This document shows positions 18,845 through 27,951 of a DNA stretch of 42,181 nucleotides, in pieces. Both the position numbers and the translations under genes were made by a program. Location: assembly GCA_051439505.1 (NCBI GenBank), contig JBFRWI010000126.1, positions 1 through 42,181 on the forward strand. Reading direction: 5' to 3'. Source of the stretch: Hormoscilla sp. (GTDB taxonomy: Bacteria; Cyanobacteriota; Cyanobacteriia; Cyanobacteriales; Desertifilaceae). Position 1 is the first letter of the stretch, and each line of letters begins with the position of its first letter. Below the pieces are notes generated by a model, which worked only from the letters and a program-made list of their open reading frames with translations, had not been told where the DNA came from and made no database searches.

Positions 18845-19183
18845 CTAAACTGACATGCTGCGCAAGTGATTTTTCTCCCGGAGTTCCCGGAAAACTGTTT
18901 CACCATCGACTAAGTCACCGCTTTCTGCGGCTTCTATCCCGATGGCTATTTCCTGTTTTAGTTCTGCCAAACGTCTTTGATAATTACGGTCTCTCTCTTC
19001 CAGCAACCGCAGCCGCCCGAACCCTAAAGGGCCCGGCTACACGAACAAAGCCCGCCTGCGCGGGCTACATTACAAAAGTGAGATGCACCCTTCGAGAACT
19101 ACCTCAGAAGCCGACTGATAACGATCGCTTTTCAATTGTTCGTCAATCAACTGCTCTATTTCTGGAGTTAGCCACATTCTCAT
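18845..19183 (-). pseudogene. ParD-like RHH antitoxin interrupted by a 75-bp insertion
   Basis: MRMWLTPEIEQLIDEQLKSDRYQSASEVVLEG | insert 19013-19087 with in-frame TAA | LRLLEERDRNYQRRLAELKQEIAIGIEAAESGDLVDGETVF; paralog of 38139-38411. Confidence 0.88.
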
Positions 19184-19376
19184 ATGTTATTATTCCGAGT
19201 TTTGTGCTCTACCTCTATTATACAAATTCCCGATCGCGTTGTCAAGGGGGCGATCGGGGGTGGGCGAGAAACCGGGTTTCTTTTACCAAATCTGTAACCA
19301 CTAACGACAATTAACTTCAGAAACCCGGTTTCTTAATCTTTTATGACAACCTTGCATCCCCAGTTAGTTATACTAC

Positions 19377-19718
19377 TCATTGCTGGGGACGGTTGATTCT
19401 AATCAATTGTCCTCTTAAGGTTGACTCTATGGAAATTGCTTCATTAATGCGTGTGGCCAGTCTTTCAAAGTTGGGGTCTTCTGTACAAACCACGATTCCT
19501 GCATGGTTAGGATCTAATCGATGCAGTCGAATGAAATGACGGCGATTGCGCGTCAAAACAGCCAGATTCTGGCTGACTGCGAACGCCAGAACTTCCTCAT
19601 CTGGAATGCCTAAATTTGCATTTCCTGCTGCTTTGGCTGTTAAGACGTCGTGACCTAAACTACGAAGGAATTCCACCACTGGCAGGGGAAAGTTTTCATC
19701 GGTGTAAAAATATGCCAC
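19377..19718 (-). CDS. DUF5615 PIN-like protein (VapC45-like)
   Basis: YFYTDENFP, GHDV, DEEVL, VLTRNRRHF, HAGIV. Confidence 0.88.
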   Translation of the reverse strand: MAYFYTDENFPLPVVEFLRSLGHDVLTAKAAGNANLGIPDEEVLAFAVSQNLAVLTRNRRHFIRLHRLDPNHAGIVVCTEDPNFERLATRINEAISIESTLRGQLIRINRPQQ

Positions 19719-19721
19719 GGG

Positions 19722-20069
19722 TTAAATTTCCTCCGACTCAAGCATCGCTTCTTCGTTTTCTCGGATGGCCTCATCGATCTCTTCTGGATGGGCCTCAGCA
19801 TAAGCCCAGGCATTTACTAAGTCCGCTGCGGTTAGATCCGGAAAGGCTGCTAAAATATCCGCATCACTCATCCCGAGAGTGCGATCGATCGCCAGGGACC
19901 AAACGGGAATGCGAGTATTGCCAATGCAAGCATCGCCCCCACATACGCCAGGGGTTTTTTTGATCCCCAACGACCCGTTGGCTAATGTTTGCGTTAAGGT
20001 CTCGATCGCGGATGCCTTTTGGGAGGGACTCAAGGCAAGTAGTTGGTTTTTGAGTTCTGTCACTGTCAT
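19722..20069 (-). CDS. DUF433 protein (VapB45-like antitoxin)
   Basis: IKKTPGVCGGDACIGNTRIPVW..FPDLT..AWAY; start uncertain (20069 or 20090). Confidence 0.88.
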   Translation of the reverse strand: MTVTELKNQLLALSPSQKASAIETLTQTLANGSLGIKKTPGVCGGDACIGNTRIPVWSLAIDRTLGMSDADILAAFPDLTAADLVNAWAYAEAHPEEIDEAIRENEEAMLESEEI

Positions 20070-20449
20070 AGTTCTCTCGCTTTGAAGCATCGCTATCCTT
20101 GCTTTCTCCTCACATATTACACCTTTTTTCACTTTGCAGCTTCTCCACTTTCCCGATCGCCCGCCGGATGTGATGAGATATTGTATCTTTCCGACAGCCC
20201 GCCGGGGGTTAAAAGATCTCTAGCTCGTAGATCGTGCTATTATCGCTATTTTGTCAAGGTTGGCGATCGGGCACTCGGGAGTCTGGGCGATCGCCTGCTG
20301 GTCCTGGGTGAGTTCCCTATCTTTATTATCATCGATCTCGGACAGGATTTTTCATAAGTGCGCTCGCCTGCCAGTCGAATAAAACCCCCACGTCAAATGA
20401 ACTGATGCTTTATCCCATTTCAAACTTAAAACTTAACAGACATTTTTTT

Positions 20450-20506
20450 TAGTCTGTTTTCAACCGACTTTAGCTATGACGCGGGGGTTTGAACCCCCGG
20501 CGGGGT
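20450..20506. repeat. Double-hairpin repeat (AGTCGGTTTTCAACCGACT..CGGGGGTTTGAACCCCCG family)
   Basis: Near-identical copy at ~42092-42146; inverted degenerate copy at ~32094-32143; degenerate copy at ~23780-23822. Confidence 0.75.
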
Positions 20507-20549
20507 AACGGGACAGATGCAATATCTCAGAAACTCAACCTACAGTTTA

Positions 20550-23500
20550 CTAATTAATGCCGTCACAAAGATGGCGATCGCTTTCTTTAAGATTAGGATT
20601 TGTCTGAAGATAATCACGGGCCCAATGGCAACCTCGGCGCAACAGATCCTCGAGATCCAAATTCCACAGAATCACATTCTTGTCCGCACCTGCTGAGGCC
20701 AGCATCCGACCATCCGGGCTGAAACTCACGCTCCAGACAGCATCTTTGTGACCTACCAAAATTTTCAGCAACGTACCATCTTTGTGCCAGACTCTCACCA
20801 GGTCGTCTTGACTCCCTGAGGCGATCGTCTGACTATCGGGGCTGAAGTCCACGCTAGTGACCTGACCTATATGCCTTAGGGTTCTGAGGAGCGTCCCATC
20901 GCTGCTGCGCCATAATTTTACAGTGCCATCAGCACTAGCTGTGGCTATTGTCTGGTTATCCGGGCTAAAACGGATGTCATAGACTGCCGAGTTATGTCCC
21001 TCCAAGCTTGAGAGTAATATCCCGTCGCGACTCCAAATTTTGACAGTATTATTATCACCCTTCTCGGCTTCCTTTTGACCGTCCGGGCTGACATTGGAGG
21101 CTGCTATATAACTATGCCTCTTCTCAGTTTTAAGCAGCTTCCCGTCCCTACTGCTCCAAGTTTTTACAGTTTTGTCCTTGCTAGCGGAGTAAAGCTCCTT
21201 GCCATCTGGACTGAACCATACCCTGTATACTTTAGAGTTATGTCCTGCTAACAGTTTCAAGCTGCTGTCGCGACTCCAGAGTATCACCGCTTCGTCAGCA
21301 CCAGTCGAGGCCAGGGTCTCACCGTCTGGACTGAAACTCACGCTGTAGACTGCAGAATTATGCCCCTTAAAGCCGTGCAGCAACCTACCGTCACGACTCC
21401 AGAGTTTGACAGTTTTGTCATTACTCGCGGAGGCCAGGGTCTCACCCTCTGGGCTGAAACTCACACTCCAAACTAGATCGCTATGCCCATTTATATTTTG
21501 CAAGAACTCGAACTTGCGATCGCGGCGACTCCAGAGTTTGATAGTTTTATCTTTCCCTGCTGAGGCGAGGATCTGTCCGTCCGGACTGAAGCTTACAGTC
21601 TTGACTGCACCATCGTGACCTTCTAAAGTTTGGAGTAACTGACCGTCACGACTCCAGAGTTTGATGGTTTTGTCAGTCCCAGCGGAAGCCAGCATTTGAC
21701 CGTCCGGACCGTCCGGACTAAAACTGACGCTCTCTACCCAACCTCGATGGGCCTCCAGGGTTTTTAGTTTTTCGCCATTTCTACTCCAGATGATGACGGT
21801 GCCATCGGCACTCGCCGAAGCTATGATTTGACCATCCGGACTAAAGCTGACTTCCCTGACCTTATTCTCATGCCCCTCTAAGGTATGGAGTAACTTGCCC
21901 GATCGCTCCCAGAGTTTAACCGTTTTGTCATGACTGGCCGAGGCAACTATCCGACCATCCGGGCTGAAACTGACGCTCCTGACCCTGTCCCGATGTCCCT
22001 TTAAGGTATGGAGTAACTTGCCCGATCGCTCCCAAAGTTTAACCGTTTTGTCATCACTTGCCGAGGCTATGACTTTACCATCGGGACTAAAAGTCGCGCT
22101 AATAACTGTCTTTTCATGCCCTTCCAAGCGGTTGCGCTTTCTCAAATTGTAAACTACCTGATGCAGGGTTGTCAAAACCCTCATCTGGGTATCCGGCCTG
22201 ACCCCCATTGACTGTTTCATTTGTCGGGCCGCCCTGATGCTTTCGGTCAGGGCATCTAGTCCTCTATTTGATTCCCAGAAAGCTTCTGAGGCGAAACTCA
22301 GAGCATTCAGTTTGGCGTTCCTCTCGCCTATGGATGATTTCAGCCAAAATACCCCCGTGAGGACGAAGAGGAAACTCATCATTACCCCAGCGGCAATAGC
22401 TGCGTTCCGTTCCCGCTTCAGATGTTCATGCTGGAATTCTGCTTTTTCGCTAGCAGTTAAAAACTGATAATCCCCATCGCTCAAGCTTTTGCCCTCTGCC
22501 CAGTTCCGGGCGTCCTGCAATGCTTTGCCGCACAACAACCGCGACTCATCCTGACAGTTTGAACCCAACCAAGCTGTTATGGCCTCGGAGTAGGGTCGCA
22601 GCTTCCCTAACTCCCGATCGACCCAACTTTGGTCAAAAACTTCCCTCAAAATCCGATTATAAACTCTTAACTTGCCCGAGTGCTTCCTCACTAACCCTGA
22701 TAGCCGCAATTCCATTTGTTCGGCACTATCATCAGCGGCAATTTCTCCCTGCTGTAAAATCTGTTGATACAGCCCCAACCTCCGCCCAGCCCGTTGCTCA
22801 TTTCTCAGCACCCGATCGCGGATCGTCTGCAAATGGGCCATAGGATCTCGTGCTTCCCAGTTATCAATTACCTGCGATCGCACCAACTGTTCGATCGACT
22901 CTGCTTCACTACCTGCGGCGATCGAGAAAGGAGAATTAAACAACAAATCACATAGTTTTTGAGTCAGGAAAGGTTGTCCTCCCGTCCATGCCAACACCTC
23001 TTCGAGAACCGCCTGGGGGTTATCTACCTTTCCCACCAACCCTGTTGCTAAGGGCCTAGCTTCATGCAAGGTAAAGCCAGATAATTCTATTCCCCGACCG
23101 ATATTAAACGGCGTGCGATGCTTATCGGCAATCAAATCCCCAGGGGTGGCCACCCCCAACAGGGCAAAGGTGAGGCGCTTGTATGGGCGAACGTCAGCCC
23201 GTTGATTATAACAAGCCCGGAGGGTAGCAAAGAAATCATCCTTAAAATATAAGTTGAGGGTGCTATCAATTTCATCAAAGAAAATCACAATTTGTTTTGA
23301 TATCTGCTGAAGCAGCACCTCTGACAGAAACTTACTCCAGCGCTGTCCCGGCGAGAGCAAATCCCGATCGCGCCACCAGCTATCCAAATCAAAGGGAAGA
23401 TTGAAATAACTCTCTAGTTCGTAGATAATGCCCGCATACCACTGTTCTGGGGTCACGTCATGGCTGCCCAGGATTGTCAGATCGATAACAGCACAAGCAA

Positions 23501-23732
23501 TGCCATCAGCTTGCAGTCGTTTCATGGTGCGCAACTGCAAACTAGACTTACCCATTTGCCGGGAATTGAGGACATAACAAAACTCGCCGCCTTGCAATGC
23601 TTGATAAAATTCATCATCAGCTTGCCGCACTACGTAGCTGGGGGCATTACTTGCCAGACTCCCTCCCACTTGATATTGGTAATTGTTTCCGTTGTCCATT
23701 ATTTGTAATTTCCTCTCTTCGATTATTCTCAT
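20550..23732 (-). CDS. AAA_35 NTPase - transmembrane segment - WD40 repeat protein
   Basis: YVVRQAD, NSRQMGKSS Walker A, FFDEID Walker B, TPFNIG, WTGGQPFLTQ; hydrophobic segment; about 12 GH..SFSPDG..W repeats. Confidence 0.93.
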   Translation of the reverse strand: MRIIEERKLQIMDNGNNYQYQVGGSLASNAPSYVVRQADDEFYQALQGGEFCYVLNSRQMGKSSLQLRTMKRLQADGIACAVIDLTILGSHDVTPEQWYAGIIYELESYFNLPFDLDSWWRDRDLLSPGQRWSKFLSEVLLQQISKQIVIFFDEIDSTLNLYFKDDFFATLRACYNQRADVRPYKRLTFALLGVATPGDLIADKHRTPFNIGRGIELSGFTLHEARPLATGLVGKVDNPQAVLEEVLAWTGGQPFLTQKLCDLLFNSPFSIAAGSEAESIEQLVRSQVIDNWEARDPMAHLQTIRDRVLRNEQRAGRRLGLYQQILQQGEIAADDSAEQMELRLSGLVRKHSGKLRVYNRILREVFDQSWVDRELGKLRPYSEAITAWLGSNCQDESRLLCGKALQDARNWAEGKSLSDGDYQFLTASEKAEFQHEHLKRERNAAIAAGVMMSFLFVLTGVFWLKSSIGERNAKLNALSFASEAFWESNRGLDALTESIRAARQMKQSMGVRPDTQMRVLTTLHQVVYNLRKRNRLEGHEKTVISATFSPDGKVIASASDDKTVKLWERSGKLLHTLKGHRDRVRSVSFSPDGRIVASASHDKTVKLWERSGKLLHTLEGHENKVREVSFSPDGQIIASASADGTVIIWSRNGEKLKTLEAHRGWVESVSFSPDGPDGQMLASAGTDKTIKLWSRDGQLLQTLEGHDGAVKTVSFSPDGQILASAGKDKTIKLWSRRDRKFEFLQNINGHSDLVWSVSFSPEGETLASASNDKTVKLWSRDGRLLHGFKGHNSAVYSVSFSPDGETLASTGADEAVILWSRDSSLKLLAGHNSKVYRVWFSPDGKELYSASKDKTVKTWSSRDGKLLKTEKRHSYIAASNVSPDGQKEAEKGDNNTVKIWSRDGILLSSLEGHNSAVYDIRFSPDNQTIATASADGTVKLWRSSDGTLLRTLRHIGQVTSVDFSPDSQTIASGSQDDLVRVWHKDGTLLKILVGHKDAVWSVSFSPDGRMLASAGADKNVILWNLDLEDLLRRGCHWARDYLQTNPNLKESDRHLCDGIN

Positions 23733-23871
23733 GGCCCGGATCCAGGTAACTCGGCTGTCGGTGTTATACCGGTTTTAATTTTAACCGACTTGAGCCAAAA
23801 GCCTTTGGGTTTTAACCCCGGGCTGGCTTATTTGTTATAATAGACCAATTCCACCCACGGAGGTAAGAACT

Positions 23872-24246
23872 GTGACCGATAATGAATTTGAAGCACTAGA
23901 ACAGGCACGCAATGCCAGATATGGTGTAATTCTCCAGCGAATAATTTACGCGGAATGGCATCGAGTCAGTCGGCAACTAGACGACCTGGATATTGATTCT
24001 GGAGATGCGATCGCGGCTGCAAATCTAGCAGGACAATTTCACATCTTGGACAAACTGATGGCAGCCTTATCGGGAGGTAGCTTAAGTTCCGATTATGAAA
24101 TAGAATCCGAATGGCGATCGAAATTAATTGAGCGGGTGGTGGAAGGATTTGACTTAAACTTCAATACCAAAACACCACCGCGCCGATACAAGAGTCTGGC
24201 CCAACGAGTAGCAGAAGCCTGCGGACTAGAAGTAATCCAAGAATAA
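23872..24246 (+). CDS. Hypothetical protein
   Basis: GGAGG RBS, GTG start, upstream TATAAT, two HIP1 sites within the gene. Confidence 0.7.
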   Translation: MTDNEFEALEQARNARYGVILQRIIYAEWHRVSRQLDDLDIDSGDAIAAANLAGQFHILDKLMAALSGGSLSSDYEIESEWRSKLIERVVEGFDLNFNTKTPPRRYKSLAQRVAEACGLEVIQE

Positions 24247-24276
24247 ACTTGCCCCAAATAATAGGCGATCGCTCGT

Positions 24277-24299
24277 AACCCGGTTTGATCAACCGGGTT
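24277..24299. terminator. Hairpin between convergent genes
   Basis: AACCCGGTT/AACCGGGTT 9-bp stem. Confidence 0.45.
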
Positions 24300-24324
24300 G
24301 ATGTGCTACTGTAATAATCATGAA

Positions 24325-24840
24325 TTATAATTCTTCATATTGAGCAGCAAGTTCCGCAGGAGTAGTCTGTTCGTAAAATTCAAAAGGCTGATGAATCCAA
24401 GGACTTAAGGAGAGATAATCAACGTAATAATCAGGGGCGATCGCGGAACAAGCCTTATACCAGAGAACGGCAGTTTTGATCTCCTGGATATCAGCAGGAT
24501 AATGAGATTGCAACCAGATAATACCCTCCTGGAGAGAAACACCAGAATCAACCAAATCATCAACCAGCAGCACCCGATCGCCTAAACTATCAGCAGTCAT
24601 AGTCAAGTGGCGGGCAAACTTGATGGGGCCTCGGACGCGATTATCTGGTCCAGTATAAGAGGAAGCCGATAAAATCGCCAGTGGCCGTCGGAAGAGGCGA
24701 CAGAGGACATCACCAACTCGCAGTCCCCCCTTAGCAATGCAGACAATTTGGTTAAACTCCCAGCCAGATTTATAGATCTTGACGGCGAGACGCTCAATTT
24801 TTTCGTAATACCCCGACCAAGAGAAGTATAATTCTTCCAT
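24325..24840 (-). CDS. Type I phosphoribosyltransferase (Gpt/Hpt-like)
   Basis: IAKGG, VLLVDDLVDSGVSL PRPP motif, PDYY..WIHQPFE. Confidence 0.9.
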   Translation of the reverse strand: MEELYFSWSGYYEKIERLAVKIYKSGWEFNQIVCIAKGGLRVGDVLCRLFRRPLAILSASSYTGPDNRVRGPIKFARHLTMTADSLGDRVLLVDDLVDSGVSLQEGIIWLQSHYPADIQEIKTAVLWYKACSAIAPDYYVDYLSLSPWIHQPFEFYEQTTPAELAAQYEEL

Positions 24841-24925
24841 GACTAACATAAAGAGTTATATACTTTCGACAATAGCACAACTGAAATTATTAGTCCGTCA
24901 ACCACTGACAACTAACCGCTGACAA

Positions 24926-26347
24926 ATGACCACTGACAATTCTCAAATATCGCCCGCAAGCGAAAAACTCAGCTTCTTAACCAAACTAGCCTATGGCGCT
25001 GGTGACATGGGACCAGCCATCACTGCCAACATCCTCGTATTTTTCCTGTTGCCTTTCTTTACCGATGTGGCTGGGATTAGCGCAGCATTAGCAGGCAGCA
25101 TTCTGATGGTAGGTAAAATCGCAGATGCCCTGAATGACCCCGTAGTCGGCTTTCTCAGCGATCGCACCCGTCATCCCTGGGGGCGTCGGTTTCCCTGGAT
25201 CGTCTTTGGCGGCATTCCCTTTGGGATTATCTTCTTCTTACAATGGATAGTACCGGTAAAGAGCGAATGGGGGCTATTTTGCTACTATGTCGCCATTGGG
25301 GTATTATTCAACATTGCCTACACTGCAGTCAACTTACCCTATACCGCCCTCACCCCAGAACTAACCAAAGACTACAACGAACGCACCAACCTGAATAGCT
25401 TTCGCTTTGCCTTCTCCATCGGCGGCAGCATCCTCTCCTTACTTCTGGCCACATTCATTTTTTCCCAAGTCCAAGATGCCGAACAACGGTATTTAGTCTT
25501 AGCAATTGTCTGTACCGTTCTTTCTGTCCTACCCCTGTATCTCTGTGTCTGGGGAACGCGAAAGCGAGTTGCTGCTATAGAAAAGCTTAGACTTGAGGAT
25601 GATCCAGAAGAGGAAGAGGCTTCCCTATCTCTACCAGAACAACTGCGCGTAGCGTTCAGCAATCGACCTTTCCTCTTTGTGATTGGCATTTACCTCTGTT
25701 CCTGGTTAGCAGTACAGGTAATAGGGAGTGTCATGAAATATTTTGTGGTGGATTTAATGGGTCTCGAACCCCAGGTCTTCCCTCAAGTTGCCCTGACTGT
25801 ACAGACATCAACCTTTTTGATGCTATTTTTCTGGACTCGGGTCAGCGATCGCCTCGGCAAAAAAGCCGTTTATTACATGGGCACGGCCCTATGGCTAATT
25901 GCCCAAATAATGCTGTTATATCTCCAACCCGGTCAAGTAGGACTGATGTACTTTGTAGCAGTAATAGCTGGATGTGGCGTTGCTGTCGCCTATCTCGTCC
26001 CTTGGTCAATGCTACCCGACGTTATCGACCTAGACGAACTCAATACAGGTCAGCGTCGTGAAGGCGTCTTCTATGCCTTTATGGTACTGCTGCAAAAATT
26101 CGGCTTGGCAATTGGATTATTTTTGGTAGGGCAAGCCTTAGATTGGTCGGGATACATAGAAACTGTAGCAGGAGACCCCATCCCAGTCCAGCCCGATTCG
26201 GCATTGCTGGCCATTCGTCTGTCGATCGCCGTCCTGCCAGCTATCTGTTTACTAGGGGGAATTGTACTCGCTTATTTTTACCCCATTACCCGCGAAGTAC
26301 ATGCCGAAATCTTGCTGCAACTGCGGGAACGTCAGCAACAAAGTTAG
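24926..26347 (+). CDS. MFS transporter, GPH (MelB-like) family
   Basis: KLAYGAGD, DALNDP..SDRT..WGRR.PW, PYTALTPELT..ERT, WSMLPDVID..RREG. Confidence 0.93.
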   Translation: MTTDNSQISPASEKLSFLTKLAYGAGDMGPAITANILVFFLLPFFTDVAGISAALAGSILMVGKIADALNDPVVGFLSDRTRHPWGRRFPWIVFGGIPFGIIFFLQWIVPVKSEWGLFCYYVAIGVLFNIAYTAVNLPYTALTPELTKDYNERTNLNSFRFAFSIGGSILSLLLATFIFSQVQDAEQRYLVLAIVCTVLSVLPLYLCVWGTRKRVAAIEKLRLEDDPEEEEASLSLPEQLRVAFSNRPFLFVIGIYLCSWLAVQVIGSVMKYFVVDLMGLEPQVFPQVALTVQTSTFLMLFFWTRVSDRLGKKAVYYMGTALWLIAQIMLLYLQPGQVGLMYFVAVIAGCGVAVAYLVPWSMLPDVIDLDELNTGQRREGVFYAFMVLLQKFGLAIGLFLVGQALDWSGYIETVAGDPIPVQPDSALLAIRLSIAVLPAICLLGGIVLAYFYPITREVHAEILLQLRERQQQS

Positions 26348-26366
26348 TTGTTAGTTGTGGGTTGTT

Positions 26367-26435
26367 ATTGACCACTGACCACTAACCACTAACCATCAAC
26401 CACTGACCACTGACCACTAACCACTGACCACTGAC
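26367..26435. repeat. STRR heptamer tract (ACCACTG/ACCACTA)n
   Basis: Tandem array between convergent genes; inverted degenerate units at 26342-26366. Confidence 0.9.
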
Positions 26436-27224
26436 TTAGGGACCTGATATAATCCGATCGCTACTGTCTGAAGTGCAGCAGTTAACGAGGGGTTCTTCAG
26501 CCAAATCATACAGCTGCACTAGATCGTGCCTAAAAAGCCTCGCCCACTCAGCAGCTAGCAGTAAATCTTCAGAGTGAGTGCGGCGGAGTTCTGCTAGAGT
26601 AGCTACCAGATCGAACCACATCCCTTCTTCCCCATACATATCCACCCGATCGCGTGCTGACTTTTGTCTCAACCCTCGTACCAGTTCGTCACTTGGTTCA
26701 ACTCGTTGAATGCCCGATTCTACATAATGAATTGACGACCTGTCTAGAGGGTTGTTTTCCCAATCGCAAATCACGTGAAAATACCAGGTATAATGCTTGC
26801 CCACCTCTAGTTTAGGCGCATCCGGGGTCGAGGGAATGCTGACACTAACAATACCATAATCTGACGGTAGCGTGACCTCCTTCGAGTAAATCTCGTTGCC
26901 ATTTTCATCTTCTATCCCAAACTCTGCCCCCTTCACCGTATTTGCCCAACCTTGCAGACTTTCTGGCACGTAAACAAAGAATGTGGGATACTCCGATATA
27001 GTTTTGCCTGTATTCGACTTGGGCATGATCGCAGTTAGCTTTCGTCCCCGCAAGCATTCTCCCCTGGTACCGCCCCCTTCTCTACGTCCTGGTAGCCCCA
27101 CATCTTCGGGAAGATTCAACGGACCTGCTAATATTCCTGCTGGCCAGCTACAGACTAGCAGACCCAGAAATGATGCCACGCCTTTCCTAATCATCGCCTG
27201 TTTGTGATTCTTTAGCACTCGCAT
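26436..27224 (-). CDS. DUF928 domain protein
   Basis: PGRREGGGTRG, TISEYPTFFVYVP, LEVGKHYTWYFHVIC, GMWFD. Confidence 0.9.
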   Translation of the reverse strand: MRVLKNHKQAMIRKGVASFLGLLVCSWPAGILAGPLNLPEDVGLPGRREGGGTRGECLRGRKLTAIMPKSNTGKTISEYPTFFVYVPESLQGWANTVKGAEFGIEDENGNEIYSKEVTLPSDYGIVSVSIPSTPDAPKLEVGKHYTWYFHVICDWENNPLDRSSIHYVESGIQRVEPSDELVRGLRQKSARDRVDMYGEEGMWFDLVATLAELRRTHSEDLLLAAEWARLFRHDLVQLYDLAEEPLVNCCTSDSSDRIISGP

Positions 27225-27449
27225 ATATCTTCATCCTTTGCTAGCAACATATAATCAAGACCCGAGGTAGCAAGTCTTGCTTCTATTTAAGATTCACCTA
27301 ATTTGTAGACTGTTCCATATTAAGCAATTGGTAAATTCTCTTATTGCTAAATTACTGCCGGGAGGCAATATTGACGCTATCACCAATCACTCCATATTCT
27401 AAACGGTCTTTGCCCCCTAAACTGCCAGCCACGATTGCGCTGCTGCTGC

Positions 27450-27860
27450 GCAGCAGCATTTTAAATTCGGGAAAATTACGGACTGACCAGCTCTGATTAA
27501 TCCGCAGGCCACCGCCCTTTGGACATCTGCCCTGATTTCCTTGGGGCTGTTGCGAGCCACTGGTACTCCAAACACTGCCACGATCCCATCCTCAATAAAC
27601 TTGTTGACAATGCCATGATCACGGGTAACTTCCGCCGTCATCGCACTCAATAACTCGGAAATGCTGCTGAAGTTCTTTAGGTCCATAAATAACATTGTAG
27701 CAATTAATTTTTGCCCCGGCAAAGTCCCCGACTTCAGCAACGTGAGTTCGACGGCGACGAAAAATACTGGTTATCGTCGCCGTCGAACTCACGTCCAGCA
27801 GGGGGCGCGAGTCCAGGACTGCACTGAGGATTTGGCTGAGCATCTGGCCCCCTAGACCAG
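27450..27860 (-). pseudogene. Decayed CHASE2 - adenylate/guanylate cyclase gene
   Basis: QMLSQILSAVLDSRPLL (CHASE2 end) joined via a 55-bp element to ATMLFMDLKNFSSISE..GIVNKFIEDGIVAVFGVP (class III cyclase, internally deleted and truncated); upstream of DUF928. Confidence 0.8.
27740..27794. mobile_element. 55-bp near-palindromic mini-element with ACGTGAGTTCG ends
   Basis: 21-bp perfect arms ACGTGAGTTCGACGGCGACGA / TCGTCGCCGTCGAACTCACGT; flanks TCAGCA / CCAGCA. Confidence 0.82.
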
Positions 27861-27951
27861 CGTTCCGGTGTTCCCTAACTCGGAACGGAGAACGGAGAAC
27901 TCCACCCCTCACGTTTACAGAATGTGCAATTTCAAGGCACTACAGCTTAAT

